A DNA stretch of 64,000 nucleotides from Psychromonas sp. GTDB taxonomy: Bacteria; Pseudomonadota; Gammaproteobacteria; Enterobacterales; Psychromonadaceae. The notes below the pieces were generated by a model that was given only the letters and a program-made list of their open reading frames with translations, ran no database searches and was not told where the DNA came from. The stretch lies in contig NZ_JBLIEK010000002.1 in the NCBI RefSeq assembly GCF_047632995.1, positions 6,285 through 70,284 of the forward strand. The letters are read 5' to 3'. A program made the position numbers and the translations under genes. Positions 1 through 12,228 of the stretch are shown in pieces; the stretch's first letter is position 1; every line of letters begins with the position of its first letter.

Positions 1-93
1 CTCTATCGACTCATACTCTTAGAATTTTTTTAATCTAAAGGGATAGATGCAGAGGCAGGCGGTTTCAATGCGACTATTAAAAACGGGTTTTAT

Positions 94-129
94 AAAAAAA
101 AGACGCCGGCGAATGCCAGCGTCCTTTTT
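94..129 (-). terminator. Rho-independent terminator of aspS
   Basis: Minus strand GACGCTGGC-ATTC-GCCGGCGTC stem-loop followed by a run of T, about 40 nt after the aspS stop. Confidence 0.8.
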
Positions 130-165
130 GATACATTTATTGCTATTTACAAGCAAATAACTGTT

Positions 166-1941
166 TTATGCTTGTTGTTTTTTTTCTTCTTTCACAACCG
201 CAATATTAAGCTCTGCCAATGCGGCAGGATTGGCAAAGCCGGGGGCATTCGTTAACGGACAAGCCGCTGATGCTGTTTTCGGGAACGCAATCACTTCACG
301 AATTGAACTGGTGCCCGTCATTAACATAATTAAACGGTCTAAACCAAACGCTAACCCTGCATGCGGAGGCGTACCATATTTTAGCGCTTCGAGCAGGAAG
401 CCGAATTTATCTTGTGCTTCTTCATCGCTGATATTTAAAATACGGAAAATAGCCGCCTGCATATCCTGTTTGTGAATACGCACACTGCCGCCGCCCAGCT
501 CACAGCCGTTTAAGACCATATCATATGCGTTGGAGATGGCGCCAACAGGATTGGCTTCAAGCTCTGCAACGGTCAAACCGATAGGTGCGGTAAAGGGATG
601 GTGCAGCGGTGTTAATGCACCGTCTTCTAAAGGTTCAAACATTGGGAAGTCGATCACCCAAAGCGGTTTCCACTGATCCTTAATTAGGCCAAGATCTTCT
701 GCCACTTTCAGACGTAAGGCACCGATCGCCTCGCTAACGATATTGGCTTTATCAGCACCAAACAGGAGAATATCGCCATCTTGTGCGCCGGTACGCGTTA
801 GGATCTCAGTAACAATCTCTGCACTTAAGAATTTAGCTATCGGTGATTGCACACCTTCAAGCCCTTTAGCAGCCTCATTGACTTTCATCCATGCCAGTCC
901 TTTAGCACCGTAGATAGTGACATATTTACCGTACTCATCAATATTTTTACGGGAAAGCTTAGCTCCGCCCGGCACACAGATAACGGCAACACGGCTGTCT
1001 GCATCATTAGCTGGCCCGGAGAAAACTTTAAATTCAACCTCTTTCATTAAATCAGCAACATCAAGCAGTTCAAAATCGATACGCAGATCCGGTTTATCAC
1101 TACCAAAACGGGTCATTGCATCAGCGTAAGTCATTTTCGGGAAGCAGCCTAAATCAACATCAAGCATCTCTTTGAAAAGATTAACGATCATCTCTTCCGT
1201 GATTTCCATCACTTGATCGGCTGACATAAATGAGGTTTCAATATCGATTTGGGTAAACTCAGGCTGACGATCAGCACGTAAGTCTTCATCTCGGAAACAT
1301 TTAACGATTTGGTAATACCTGTCCATACCCGACATCATCAATAACTGCTTGAACAGTTGCGGAGATTGCGGCAGCGCAAAGAACTGACCTTTATGCGTGC
1401 GGCTTGGCACTAAATAATCACGAGCGCCTTCCGGTGTCGCTTTAGTTAAAATCGGCGTTTCCACATCTAAGAAACCATGGTCATCGAGGAAACGACGCAC
1501 AAAACTGCTAACTTTAGCGCGGAACTGCATACGTTGTGCCATTTCAGGGCGACGCAGATCCAAATAACGATAGCGTAAACGCTGCTCTTCAGAATTCTTC
1601 TGATTACTATCCAGCGGCAGAGGCTCGCTGCGGTTTAAAATTTCCAGCTCCAGACCCAGTATCTCTATCCCACCCGTGGTCATCTCTTTGTTCACTTGAC
1701 CTTCCGGGCGCGCGCGAACTAAGCCTTTAATTTTAATACAGAATTCATTACGGATAGTTGTCGCAAGCGCAGTAGTTTCAGCTGTATCCGAGTCAAAAAA
1801 CACTTGTACTATGCCCGCACGATCACGCATATCCAAGAAGATAACACCGCCCAAATCACGCTGTTTGTTCACCCAACCTACTAACTCAACTTCCTGACCA
1901 ATGACAGCTTCGGTCACTTCACCACAATACATAGTGCGCAT
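166..1941 (-). CDS. aspS: Aspartate--tRNA ligase
   Basis: 591 aa; MRTMYCG start, [12 protein letters not shown] fold, YFALPQSPQ-like motif, [32 protein letters not shown]. Confidence 0.98.
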   Translation of the reverse strand: MRTMYCGEVTEAVIGQEVELVGWVNKQRDLGGVIFLDMRDRAGIVQVFFDSDTAETTALATTIRNEFCIKIKGLVRARPEGQVNKEMTTGGIEILGLELEILNRSEPLPLDSNQKNSEEQRLRYRYLDLRRPEMAQRMQFRAKVSSFVRRFLDDHGFLDVETPILTKATPEGARDYLVPSRTHKGQFFALPQSPQLFKQLLMMSGMDRYYQIVKCFRDEDLRADRQPEFTQIDIETSFMSADQVMEITEEMIVNLFKEMLDVDLGCFPKMTYADAMTRFGSDKPDLRIDFELLDVADLMKEVEFKVFSGPANDADSRVAVICVPGGAKLSRKNIDEYGKYVTIYGAKGLAWMKVNEAAKGLEGVQSPIAKFLSAEIVTEILTRTGAQDGDILLFGADKANIVSEAIGALRLKVAEDLGLIKDQWKPLWVIDFPMFEPLEDGALTPLHHPFTAPIGLTVAELEANPVGAISNAYDMVLNGCELGGGSVRIHKQDMQAAIFRILNISDEEAQDKFGFLLEALKYGTPPHAGLAFGLDRLIMLMTGTSSIREVIAFPKTASAACPLTNAPGFANPAALAELNIAVVKEEKKQQA

Positions 1942-2176
1942 TATCGATTCCTGTTTTAAATATGAGATAAAATAATTGCGCGCATTATAACCCTAAGCAA
2001 CCTAAAAATGCGAGTTCGGCGCATCTCAAGGCGCTTAAAATAGGGCTTATTTACGCTTCACCGAGCGCCTAATTTTAAAGTGACGATTACTGTTAAATAA
2101 AATACTGATCATCTCGACTAATTTGCGTAAAATACGCACTCAAAAATGCGAAGACAGAAATCAGCAGGCAATTCAC

Positions 2177-2908
2177 ATGAGTAAAACAGACAATATCTAT
2201 AACCAACCGCTTGAACAGGTCGGAGGATTTACCTTCGATGAGCAGGTTGTGCAGGTGTTTCCGGACATGATCAAACGTTCGGTACCCGGTTATGAACAAA
2301 TCATTCAGACGATAGAGATGATCACTGAGCGCTGCGCAGTACAAAACAGCAACCTCTACGATCTAGGCTGTTCGCTTGGGGCGGCAACATTGTCGATGCG
2401 CCGCGGCCTTAACAATAAAAACGGCTGCCAAATTATTGCCGTGGATAATTCAGAGGCGATGGTCGAACGCTGTCAGCAATATATCCACGCTTATAAATCA
2501 AAGCAGCCCGTTTCTGTGATCTGTGCTGATATTTGCAATATAAAAATTGAAAATGCTTCTGTGGTTGTACTGAATTTCACCCTGCAGTTTTTAACCCCTG
2601 AAAAACGGTTAAAACTGTTAACTGATATTTATAACGGTTTGTTGCCGGGCGGTGTATTAGTGCTCTCTGAAAAGTTTGTCTTTGACGATCCGGTCAGCCA
2701 CCAGCTTTTAATCGATCTGCATTTAGACTTTAAGCGCAGTCAAGGCTATAGCGAACTTGAGATCAGCCAAAAACGTTCTTCACTGGACAATGTATTAATT
2801 GCCGATACCGTTGAGCAACACTACCAGCGTTTGCAACAAGCCGGCTTTATGCACAACAATCTCTGGTACCAGTGCTTTAATTTCGGCTCAATTATTAGCA
2901 TCAAGTAA
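2177..2908 (+). CDS. cmoA: Carboxy-S-adenosyl-L-methionine synthase
   Basis: [31 protein letters not shown]; start moved to ATG 2177; followed by cmoB. Confidence 0.95.
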   Translation: MSKTDNIYNQPLEQVGGFTFDEQVVQVFPDMIKRSVPGYEQIIQTIEMITERCAVQNSNLYDLGCSLGAATLSMRRGLNNKNGCQIIAVDNSEAMVERCQQYIHAYKSKQPVSVICADICNIKIENASVVVLNFTLQFLTPEKRLKLLTDIYNGLLPGGVLVLSEKFVFDDPVSHQLLIDLHLDFKRSQGYSELEISQKRSSLDNVLIADTVEQHYQRLQQAGFMHNNLWYQCFNFGSIISIK

Positions 2909-2940
2909 TCAGTATCAAATAATCGTTCACAAGGTTCACC

Positions 2941-3927
2941 ATGATTGACTTTACCAATTTCTACAGCAGCATAGCTAAAAACCGTTTAAGCCACTGGTTA
3001 CGGGTGTTACCGACACAGCTTTATGAGTGGGAAAATAGCCATGTACACGGCCAACTGAGCAACTGGATTAAAATATTAAATAAATTTCCAGCGATCAAAA
3101 CAGACCATATAGAACTCAAAGAGCGCGTTGCCATCGGCAGCGGCAATGAGCTTTCTGTGGGGGAAACAAAAAAACTTGAGAGCCTGCTGCAAAAATTTCA
3201 TCCCTGGCGCAAAGGCCCGTTTGATATTCATGGTATCCATATTGATACCGAATGGCGCAGTGATTGGAAATGGGATCGAGTATTGCCGCATATCAGTCCG
3301 CTTAAATACCGCTATGTCTTAGATGTGGGCTGCGGCAGTGGTTATCATATGTGGCGTATGCGCGGTGAAGGCGCGCAGTTTGTCGTCGGTATCGATCCCA
3401 GTGATCTTTTTTTATGCCAGTTTGAAGCGGTGCGCCACTTTGCTAATAACGATCAGAGCGTCAATCTGTTACCTTTAGGCATTCAGGAATTACCCAAACT
3501 TGAAGCCTTTGACACGGTATTTTCAATGGGCGTTTTATACCACCGGAAATCCCCTATGGATCATATCACCCAGCTGCAGGACCAATTAGTCGAAGGCGGC
3601 GAACTGGTGCTGGAAACCTTAGTGATTGCAGGGGATGAAAACGCCGTATTAGTGCCGCAGGACAGATATGCAAAAATGCGCAATATCTGGTTTCTACCCA
3701 GTGCTAGCGCATTGAAACTTTGGCTGGAAAAGTGTGGCTTTATCGATGTCCGTATTGCAGATATCAACGATACCTTAACCGGCGAGCAGCGCAGTACCGC
3801 CTGGATGACCAATGAATCATTAGAAGATTATTTAGATCCCAATGATCCGACAAAAACAGTAGAGGGCCATCCCGCCCCAAAACGGGCGTTACTGATCGCT
3901 AAAAAAGCGTTTAAATCGCTGAGTTAA
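2941..3927 (+). CDS. cmoB: tRNA U34 carboxymethyltransferase
   Basis: [44 protein letters not shown]. Confidence 0.96.
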   Translation: MIDFTNFYSSIAKNRLSHWLRVLPTQLYEWENSHVHGQLSNWIKILNKFPAIKTDHIELKERVAIGSGNELSVGETKKLESLLQKFHPWRKGPFDIHGIHIDTEWRSDWKWDRVLPHISPLKYRYVLDVGCGSGYHMWRMRGEGAQFVVGIDPSDLFLCQFEAVRHFANNDQSVNLLPLGIQELPKLEAFDTVFSMGVLYHRKSPMDHITQLQDQLVEGGELVLETLVIAGDENAVLVPQDRYAKMRNIWFLPSASALKLWLEKCGFIDVRIADINDTLTGEQRSTAWMTNESLEDYLDPNDPTKTVEGHPAPKRALLIAKKAFKSLS

Positions 3928-4062
3928 TACCGACGATGTTGACGCATTGGCCTGCGTCATCACAGTCATGCTGACCTGCTGTAGAATGTGTAACTTGAAT
4001 ATTTTAATCATTTTAAAAGGTAAATCGGCATCGTTAATACCGGATCGACTGATATTCGCGAC
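3922..4062 (-). pseudogene. Flagellin C-terminal remnant
   Basis: Frame without a start reads [46 protein letters not shown]; motifs and spacing match flagellin C-termini (SRSRIxDAD-x12-ILQQ-x7-QAN-x5-VL). Confidence 0.6.
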
Positions 4063-4262
4063 GCAAACAAAGAAGAGATATCAGTAACAACTGAATTAGT
4101 CATTTATAATCCCTTTAATTCATCAGAGCACAGTTCCCGTATTGGTGGGTTATCAGAGACTATTGGGAAATCTTTATAATTAATTATAAAGTAGGCCAAC
4201 TACCGCAATGACAATCAACAAAATAGTCTCCAGCAGGAAAAAATAGCAAAGATAAACAGCTC

Positions 4263-6368
4263 TTAATCTAAGTAAATAATTTTACAATCGTCGACATCTG
4301 ATTTAAATATAAGTTGATTACCTTCGATCATAGATTCAATTTTTTCTGCTGAAACAGGTTCAGAATAGTAATACCCTTGTATCAAATCACAACCATAACT
4401 ACGGATACAGGCAAGCTGTTCAAACGTTTCAACGCCTTCGGCCACAACTTCTAATCCAAGATTTTTAGCTAGGCAGATAATAGATTTAATAATGGCAACA
4501 TCTGGTTTGTTTTCAGGAATATGTTCGATAAATGATTTGTCAATTTTTAACGTAGAGAGCGGCAGGTTTCTGAGTTGTGAAAAAGAAGAATAGCCCGTAC
4601 CAAAATCATCAATGGACATTTTGATACCCAGCTCACTCAATCTTCTCAATGTTTCTTGAGCGTTTCCGTCCTGATAACTTGGCACTAAATGATCTTCAGT
4701 GATCTCAATTTCAAATAGAGTCGCGCTAACACCTTCTTGCGCTAATACAGTTTCAACGTAATCCGTAAAATCTTCACTGTAGAGCTGTTTTCCCGATACA
4801 TTAACGGCAATAGTCAAATCTTCACAAGCTGTATTTTGCCATTTGCGTAACTGACGGACCGCTTCGTAAATCACCCATCGACCTAATGGAATAATCAATC
4901 CCGTTTCTTCCGCCACGGGAATAAACTCGCTTGGAGATACAGACGGCTTATTGCCCCTATTCCAGCGGATTAAAGCCTCAACTCCAGAGACCTGTTCACT
5001 ATTAGCGCGCACCTTAGGCTGATATACAAGGGTAAAGTTGTTATTTTCCAGCGCATCATGCAACTCGTTTTCCAACGACCAACGCCTGATACTACTTTCT
5101 GTTAACTCTTTGCAGTAAAAAGCAAACTGATCTTGGTCAGAACGCTTTGCCTGATACATTGCGGTATCTGCATTGCGTAATAGCTCTTCCGTATTTTTGC
5201 CATTATCAGGATAAATACTAATGCCAATACTGGCCTCTATATAAATCATTTTATTGGCTAAATAAAATGGCTTTTCAAAAAGCATCTGCAATCGACGAAT
5301 AAAAGAAAGCACCTGTTTCACATGTTCAACAGAGTCAATAATAATAGCAAATTCATCACCGCCAAATCTCGCCACCAGATCATAATTACGAACCTCCGTA
5401 CTGAAGCGATCGGCCACTTCACACAACAAAACATCCCCAACATCATGTCCTAATGAATCATTAATATTCTTAAAGCGATCCAGATCAATAAACAACAGCC
5501 CCACCTTAAGTCCACGACGATCAGCTCGCTGTATTGCACGCTCTAGTTGTTGCTGGAATAAGGTGCGATTGGGTAGATTGGTAAGTGCATCATGATGAGC
5601 AATATGAACAAGTTGTTTCTGTGATTTTTTAAGCTCAGAGATATCCTGCATGATGCCTGACAGTATGCCCCCCTCCAATAACTTTCCTTGCAGATGCACA
5701 TATAACATAGTTTTATTAGCTAATCGGATACTTACATCAAGGCTAAATGCTTCTTTGTTGATAAATGCCTGTAGCATTACATACTTTACATATGAGCGTT
5801 CCGCGGGATGAACAAGTGCCAGCAAATGCTCAAGACCATGCTCAAATTGTATTGCAGATAAATAGAGCATTTTTGATAACTGTCGAGACAGCAACAAACG
5901 CCCTTCGGCACCATCTAACTCCCAGTGCCCTAATTTAGCGATCTGCTGAGCATGCTCCAGCCGAGATTCACTTTTTTTTAAGGATTCAAGATAACTGCTA
6001 CTGCGTAAGACATAGCGTAAGTGATGCACTATCAAAGACCAGTTAATCGGTTTTGCTATAAAATCAGTTGCCCCAAGACGATAAGCCTTATCAATTGATA
6101 AAGTATCATCCATACCAGTGATCATGACTACCGGAACATTATTCCCCGGCCCAGATTCACGTATCAGCTTACAGACTTCAAAGCCGTTTAATTTCGGTAA
6201 TTCAACATCTAATAAGACTAAATCAGGCAACTGCTCATTAAACAAAGCAAATCCTTGTGCGCCATCTTTCGCCTCGATGATATCGAACATCTCAGATGAT
6301 AGCACTTGGCAAATTAATAACCGGGTCATCTCATCATCATCTACTACCAATATCGTTTTTCTGTTCAT
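4263..6368 (-). CDS. Response regulator with REC, PAS-like, GGDEF and EAL domains (c-di-GMP enzyme)
   Basis: REC (ILVVDDD, VLLDVELP), HDALTNLPNR, RNYD I-site, GGDEF, VEALIRW, IDDFGTGYSS. Confidence 0.93.
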   Translation of the reverse strand: MNRKTILVVDDDEMTRLLICQVLSSEMFDIIEAKDGAQGFALFNEQLPDLVLLDVELPKLNGFEVCKLIRESGPGNNVPVVMITGMDDTLSIDKAYRLGATDFIAKPINWSLIVHHLRYVLRSSSYLESLKKSESRLEHAQQIAKLGHWELDGAEGRLLLSRQLSKMLYLSAIQFEHGLEHLLALVHPAERSYVKYVMLQAFINKEAFSLDVSIRLANKTMLYVHLQGKLLEGGILSGIMQDISELKKSQKQLVHIAHHDALTNLPNRTLFQQQLERAIQRADRRGLKVGLLFIDLDRFKNINDSLGHDVGDVLLCEVADRFSTEVRNYDLVARFGGDEFAIIIDSVEHVKQVLSFIRRLQMLFEKPFYLANKMIYIEASIGISIYPDNGKNTEELLRNADTAMYQAKRSDQDQFAFYCKELTESSIRRWSLENELHDALENNNFTLVYQPKVRANSEQVSGVEALIRWNRGNKPSVSPSEFIPVAEETGLIIPLGRWVIYEAVRQLRKWQNTACEDLTIAVNVSGKQLYSEDFTDYVETVLAQEGVSATLFEIEITEDHLVPSYQDGNAQETLRRLSELGIKMSIDDFGTGYSSFSQLRNLPLSTLKIDKSFIEHIPENKPDVAIIKSIICLAKNLGLEVVAEGVETFEQLACIRSYGCDLIQGYYYSEPVSAEKIESMIEGNQLIFKSDVDDCKIIYLD

Positions 6369-6379
6369 AAAACCTCAAA

Positions 6380-9175
6380 TTAGACGCTACGCCTAAACTC
6401 TGTTTCTGCATAAAAATAACGTTTCACCAAGCAAGACTCCTGCTTAATATTAGTAATAAGATCTGGTATTAAAGATAACATTTCTGCAATAACGGCCTGC
6501 TCTAACTGTTTGCATAGATCCGCTAACTGATAGGCGCCTACATTTGCGCTGCTTGATTTTAATGTGTGAGCCAGTTTCCGTATGCTGTCAAATTGTTGAG
6601 ATGGATTAGCTAACTGCACTAAACTCTCTTCTAACGTATCTAAAAACAGATGAATAACCTTATTAACCAAATAGGTTGACTGTTCAGGACTAAGTGCGGC
6701 AATTTTTTCCAGCGCACTAGGATCTACAGATGCGGCAGTTTCATCTTTTATGATTTCTAAATCATCATCATCATAATCATAATCCTGATCATCTTTTATA
6801 AAATCAGTCAACGCGCTCTGCCGTGGCACATTCAGCCACGGAGTTAATGACTCATAAAGATCAACGGCTGAAAAAGGTTTACTCAAATAACCGTTCATAC
6901 CCGTTTTCAAGCACAGCTCCATATCTCCATCCATGGCATTTGCAGTTAACGCAACAATAGTTATACCTGCAGCAAGTTTGCCTGTTAATTCCATTTTCCG
7001 GATCCGGCGAGTTGCCTCTAATCCATCCATCTCAGGCATCTGCATATCCATTAGGATAAGATCATAGGTCTGCTGTTGAACAGCAGCAACCGCTGCTAAA
7101 CCATGTTCGGCTATATCAACTTGCAGACCAAACGATTCCAACATGATTAGAGCGACTTCCTGATTAACTTTGTTATCTTCGGCAAGCAAAATTCGGTATG
7201 GATAGTCGAAATGAAGATCTGGATACTCAGAATAAACCTCTTTTTCATCTCCTTTAATTTCTACTTGAAAGGCTTGCATTAAGCAGCGGTAAAGATTTTT
7301 TTGTAAAACAGGTTTATTAAGAAAACAGCTAATACGGTTATCCTTTAATGATCTCGGATCTGCATCAACAGAGCTCAGCATGATTATTTCAGGCTGCCGC
7401 CAAGATAAATTTTGACGAATTTTATGAGCTAATTCTAAGCCATCCATATCCGGCATATCCATATCTAATATAAGCAGATCATAAGACCGTTTCTCAATAT
7501 CAGCAGCTTGCATCATCTGCAACGCTTGCTGACCACTATCAGCTAAATCACAACTGATATCGATCGCCACCAGCTGATCCTTAAAAAGCAATCGATTAGT
7601 CTGGTTATCATCAACAACAAGCAAGCGTTTATCCTGCACAACAGATAAATCAAACGGCATTATCGAATCAACAGATTGCAGTGGTATTAACGCAAGCGTA
7701 AACGTAAAGCAACTTCCTCGTGCAATTTCTGATTTTACGCTAAGCTCTCCGCCCATCATCTCAACGAGTTGCCGTGCAATCGGCAGACCTAATCCTGTTC
7801 CACCATATTTTCGCGTAGTTGAACTATCAGCCTGGGAAAACGAGGTGAAAATATGCTCAATTTTATCTTCTTTAATACCTATACCTGTATCTTCAATTGC
7901 AAACGTCAACCGCCCTTGTGACTCAGTAACTTGCAATAATACCTGTCCCTGATCTGTAAATTTAAGCGCATTACTCAGCAAGTTACTCAGTACCTGTCTG
8001 AGTCTTACCGGATCACCTTGATAATTGTTTGAGAAACGCGGCGGAATTGCAAGTACAAGCTCCATGTTTTTACTGTATGAAGACTCCGCATACAAAACAG
8101 CAAGCTCTTCAATCAACTCTCGCAAATTAAATTCAATGGATTCGAGCTCCATTTTTCCCGCTTCAATTTTGGAAAAATCTAAAATATCATTGATGATATG
8201 GAGCAGACTTTTACCCGATTGATAAACCGTTTCAGTAAAGCGTTTCTGTCGATCATTGAGCTTGGTCTGAAGTAACAGTTCCGTCATGCCCAGAACGCCA
8301 TTCATCGGCGTGCGGATCTCATGGCTCATAGTAGCTAAAAATTCACTCTTAGCTTTGCTCGCCGCTTCGGCATTCTCTTTCGCTAAGATTAACTCCTGAG
8401 TTCGTAGGGTGATTTTTTCCTCTAAGCTATTTTGATAATTTTCCAGCTCCTTATCTCGCGCTTCAACCTGCTCTAACATCATATTAAATCCCAGGATCAG
8501 CGAACCGATTTCATCATAACGCTCACCGGGAATACGGATATGGTAGTTTTTCTCCTCTGAAACCTGCTCCATCACTTGTCTCATATCCAACAAAGGCTGC
8601 GAAATAAGGCGCTGCATGCGCGCAGAGAGCAAAAAAGCCAGTAAAGTGCCAAGCATCAAAATAAAAGGAGCAAATATAGCCTGTCGCCATAAACGCTCAC
8701 GCAGCAGGCTAAGATCATCCATCAGCAGCACATTACCCAACGCTTTACCCTCGAAGCTAATCGGCTCAATATGGTAAAGAATATTATCAAATCCACTTTG
8801 TTGTAATTCTTGCAAATTCATTTGCAAGAATCTGTTATCCGCATGTTTAGCAAAAAAGGGGTGAATATATTCAGCCAGTAACAGATTATCGTTATCGTAA
8901 ATCCTAGCAAGCACAATTTCCGGCTTGGCCTGCAGACTATCCAAGCTTTCTTTGGCCGCCTCTTGATCACGAAAAGCCAATGTAGCGGTGTTCTGTGAAG
9001 CCATTAATCTGGCCAATGTCTGCAACTGATTTCGTGCATCAAGATGGCTGTAATGGTATTGCATAACGCCAATTAAGATCACTATTGTCAAGGCTACCAA
9101 AGCGCCGGACATCAAACCGATCGAGGTTAACTGACTACGTAATGAAAGATGCTTAAGTTGTATCATTAAAATCAC
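6380..9175 (-). CDS. Hybrid sensor histidine kinase (CHASE8-like/HAMP-HisKA-HATPase-REC-REC-HPt)
   Basis: Two TM helices around a [17 protein letters not shown] sensor, [16 protein letters not shown]-box, GGTGLGL, two REC domains, [13 protein letters not shown] HPt. Confidence 0.93.
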   Translation of the reverse strand: MILMIQLKHLSLRSQLTSIGLMSGALVALTIVILIGVMQYHYSHLDARNQLQTLARLMASQNTATLAFRDQEAAKESLDSLQAKPEIVLARIYDNDNLLLAEYIHPFFAKHADNRFLQMNLQELQQSGFDNILYHIEPISFEGKALGNVLLMDDLSLLRERLWRQAIFAPFILMLGTLLAFLLSARMQRLISQPLLDMRQVMEQVSEEKNYHIRIPGERYDEIGSLILGFNMMLEQVEARDKELENYQNSLEEKITLRTQELILAKENAEAASKAKSEFLATMSHEIRTPMNGVLGMTELLLQTKLNDRQKRFTETVYQSGKSLLHIINDILDFSKIEAGKMELESIEFNLRELIEELAVLYAESSYSKNMELVLAIPPRFSNNYQGDPVRLRQVLSNLLSNALKFTDQGQVLLQVTESQGRLTFAIEDTGIGIKEDKIEHIFTSFSQADSSTTRKYGGTGLGLPIARQLVEMMGGELSVKSEIARGSCFTFTLALIPLQSVDSIMPFDLSVVQDKRLLVVDDNQTNRLLFKDQLVAIDISCDLADSGQQALQMMQAADIEKRSYDLLILDMDMPDMDGLELAHKIRQNLSWRQPEIIMLSSVDADPRSLKDNRISCFLNKPVLQKNLYRCLMQAFQVEIKGDEKEVYSEYPDLHFDYPYRILLAEDNKVNQEVALIMLESFGLQVDIAEHGLAAVAAVQQQTYDLILMDMQMPEMDGLEATRRIRKMELTGKLAAGITIVALTANAMDGDMELCLKTGMNGYLSKPFSAVDLYESLTPWLNVPRQSALTDFIKDDQDYDYDDDDLEIIKDETAASVDPSALEKIAALSPEQSTYLVNKVIHLFLDTLEESLVQLANPSQQFDSIRKLAHTLKSSSANVGAYQLADLCKQLEQAVIAEMLSLIPDLITNIKQESCLVKRYFYAETEFRRSV

Positions 9176-9726
9176 CTCGGATTATCAACTAGGATCGCCA
9201 GCTTAAGCAGCTTAGAGCTAAATTGCAGTTCAGAGCGGACGAGTTGCAGCCTATTCACTTGAAAACGCAGGCGCTGATCGATTTCAACCAGATTAATAAG
9301 TCCGCCAGAATCAAAAAAAGGACTGTCATCACTGATAATTAGCACTGTTTTCTGATTTATTAATGACAGAATATAACGGTAACGATTGCGTTCACTGGTA
9401 TTAATATAAAAAACATTGCACTGCTGAAAATCAAGCTTACTTTCTGGTTGCAGCAGTACAATCGGATGACCGCTAATCTCTTTTTGTTGTAACGTCTGCA
9501 ACTCCTCATCCATGCGGTCCTTACTATAGAAGCAAAGCTGAAATGGCGCGGTAGGGCTGTTCCAGGTTGCATCCGGCCAACGGGTAAACTTGGCAATATT
9601 ATATATATAGGCCACTTTTAAAGAATTTATAGCGCGCGGCGTAGCTGATGCGAAGCACTCTTCATATGCCATCACTAGCGGGAAAAACAGCAGTAAGCAA
9701 TAACGTAACCTAAAAGTTGTCACCAT
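9172..9726 (-). CDS. yfiR: YfiR/HmsC family (DUF4154) periplasmic protein
   Basis: [16 protein letters not shown] and RLRFQVN...SSKLLKLA motifs, two Cys, signal-like N-terminus; GGAG before ATG 9726. Confidence 0.85.
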   Translation of the reverse strand: MVTTFRLRYCLLLFFPLVMAYEECFASATPRAINSLKVAYIYNIAKFTRWPDATWNSPTAPFQLCFYSKDRMDEELQTLQQKEISGHPIVLLQPESKLDFQQCNVFYINTSERNRYRYILSLINQKTVLIISDDSPFFDSGGLINLVEIDQRLRFQVNRLQLVRSELQFSSKLLKLAILVDNPR

Positions 9727-9744
9727 TACACTCTCCAATAGCAA

Positions 9745-11775
9745 TCACCAGCTCAAGATAGCTTTGATAAAGACGCTGCGTTCAATGCGTGAGGGGGATG
9801 ACCAGGATTCAGTTTGAAACTGTTGTTTGTCTGAATTTAGCAGATGACGTCCCACTAGGGATAACGCCAATGACGGCATCGGCTGCCAAGCAAGGCGCAG
9901 ATCACCATCAATATTGTTCTTAATTACTTCCGGAACCGCGTTAGACCAAGAGCGCTGACCTGTGTAATAAAGGCGTAAATCTAATTCCACTGTTTCGCTT
10001 AAATTAAAACTGCCCCACAAGGAAGCCTGATGCGTAGATGAGCGGTCTGCCATCAAGGAGAGCAGATTTTCACTGTACATATTAGGCTGAGTATCCTCTA
10101 GCTGTATATCGAGCAGGCTATAAGAGAGACGCAAACGGCTGTGGGGAGTGGCTTGCCAAGTTGTTAACAGTTCCAAACCGCTACTGTGTCCCTGAATATT
10201 ATTGTCAAGGTTAAGCGGCACCACGGCAAACATATCGCCATTGACAAACTGCATATTCGCATTGCCTAAATTATAACTACGCAGATTTTTATAATCATTA
10301 TAAAAAGTAGCGATATCCAGCGCTAGTTCAGGGTGAGGCATCCAGCGAACACCTAACTCATAGGCGTCTAATTGTTCAGATTCAAAGCCTTCATTCCCTG
10401 TAATCTGCAGCATAGTGGGTAGCGGATTATTCGGATCCTCCGCAAATGGCGGTACAACGTAAATATTAAGCACGCCTTCGTTTTCCACGCGCGAAGGCGT
10501 ACGCATCGCACGCGATACAGCCCCCCACCAAGTCACCTGCTCACTAGGCACCCAGCTCATGCGTAAGTTAGGTTGCACTTCGGTACCCGTATAACTGTTA
10601 CCTTCAAACTTAGTGCCTAAGGTCAGAGATATATTTTGCTCAGGAAAACGTAACGTATCCTGAATAAACAGATTCCAGATTCCACTGTATTCCACAGCTT
10701 CAGAAACAGAAACAAGCGATGAGGAAGTGAAATCATTTTTACTCCAGCGGTAACCGCCCCCCCAAACTAACTCATGATCTGCAAATGGCGCAAACTGATG
10801 CTGCAGCTCAAAATCCAAGGTATCACGATGTTCACTATATTTAAGTTCCTGGTGATCATAAAAATCATAGTTAAAACTAGCACTTAATTCTGAATCAAGG
10901 CTCCTGATCTGGCTCCAGCGAATCCCTAAGTTCCCCCCTTTAGCTTCGACATCGCCATTCACAACTTGATCCATATACGGTGCCTCAAAGCTAGGAACTT
11001 TATGCTGCTGCTGTAGAGAGTCACGATACAGATCTCCTTGAAAGGTCAGTGATTGATCTTCACTTGGTTGCAGATCCAAACGTAAACCCGTCTGCAGATA
11101 ATCTCCGCCGTTATCCTGCCCCGTAGCAAACAGATCGTCAGATTCATCCAAACGTCGTCCTTTGGCATAAACACGTAGCTGTGCATTTTCAGAAGGCGCA
11201 AAGCCCTGACGTCCCTCAACCAGCTTTAATTCATTACCCGCAGCCAGGGCAAGCTGCCCACCTTGGGTGTCAGCGGCTTCCCGCGTAATAATATTGATAA
11301 TACCATTCACCGCATTGGCCCCCCACAGAGTGGCACCGGGACCTCGGATCACCTCTATACGCTCAATATCCGGCAACAGATAATCAAGATATTCCCAGTA
11401 AACGCCAGAATGTGTTGGCGTATAAACACTGCGACCATCAATTAACACTAATAATTTATTAGCAAAACGGCCATTAAAACCGCGTATACTCACAGCCCAT
11501 TTATTGGGATCAATCTCCGCGACATCAACACCTGGAACCAAGCGTAACGCCTCAGGAATAGATGTCGCACCGGAGCGGCGGATCTCATCCTGAGTCACCA
11601 CATAAACTGCAGCGGCAGCTTGCGAAAGTTTTTCACTTTTTTTACTTACCGAGGTAACCTCCATCTGCATTAGTTCATCAAAACCGAGTTCAGACAGATC
11701 TTGTGATGGACTGTCAGCCAGTATCAGGCTAGGAAACAAAGTAAAGATCCCGGCTAAATAGATTAATTTTCCCAT
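9745..11775 (-). CDS. TonB-dependent outer-membrane receptor (plug + barrel)
   Basis: VTSVSKKSE...EIRRSGATSIPEALRLVPG plug, IERIEVIRGPGATLWGANAVNGIINIIT, C-terminal aromatic W; AAGGA before ATG 11775. Confidence 0.92.
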   Translation of the reverse strand: MGKLIYLAGIFTLFPSLILADSPSQDLSELGFDELMQMEVTSVSKKSEKLSQAAAAVYVVTQDEIRRSGATSIPEALRLVPGVDVAEIDPNKWAVSIRGFNGRFANKLLVLIDGRSVYTPTHSGVYWEYLDYLLPDIERIEVIRGPGATLWGANAVNGIINIITREAADTQGGQLALAAGNELKLVEGRQGFAPSENAQLRVYAKGRRLDESDDLFATGQDNGGDYLQTGLRLDLQPSEDQSLTFQGDLYRDSLQQQHKVPSFEAPYMDQVVNGDVEAKGGNLGIRWSQIRSLDSELSASFNYDFYDHQELKYSEHRDTLDFELQHQFAPFADHELVWGGGYRWSKNDFTSSSLVSVSEAVEYSGIWNLFIQDTLRFPEQNISLTLGTKFEGNSYTGTEVQPNLRMSWVPSEQVTWWGAVSRAMRTPSRVENEGVLNIYVVPPFAEDPNNPLPTMLQITGNEGFESEQLDAYELGVRWMPHPELALDIATFYNDYKNLRSYNLGNANMQFVNGDMFAVVPLNLDNNIQGHSSGLELLTTWQATPHSRLRLSYSLLDIQLEDTQPNMYSENLLSLMADRSSTHQASLWGSFNLSETVELDLRLYYTGQRSWSNAVPEVIKNNIDGDLRLAWQPMPSLALSLVGRHLLNSDKQQFQTESWSSPSRIERSVFIKAILSW

Positions 11776-12228
11776 CTCTATTAATCCTTTATGTGAGGTT
11801 TTAAGTAAAAAAGTCAAAACAACCCGCCGATAGCCACTTCGGATAGATCCGTCAGTATTTATTAGCCATCACTAAAGTGGCAAAAATAAACAACACGGCA
11901 AGAGTCACAAAAAAATCAACGGTCATGAGGTTATCAATAAAAAATAGCACAACAACACAAATCAGCCAGAACAAAGTTCACAAAAACAAAGGGGAATATT
12001 TCCTGTTCATCACATAACAGAGGCCGACTGATCTTTTATATTTATAATTTGAGCGATAAAATCACCTTTATTAAAAGAATGATTTCTACAATCGCTAACC
12101 AAGGGAGTTTTAATCTTGAAGTGGTTTTGCTACATAAGAGAGTTATCACTCTCTGTTCACTTATTTTTGTGACTCTTTAAATTGCTGTTATGATTAATTA
12201 ATCATTTTGGTTAACTTCAGGCAAGTCA

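Noticed and set aside
4172-4191. 20-bp perfect palindrome CTTTATAATTAATTATAAAG
   Set aside because: Almost pure A/T, no U-tail or promoter context; function unsupported
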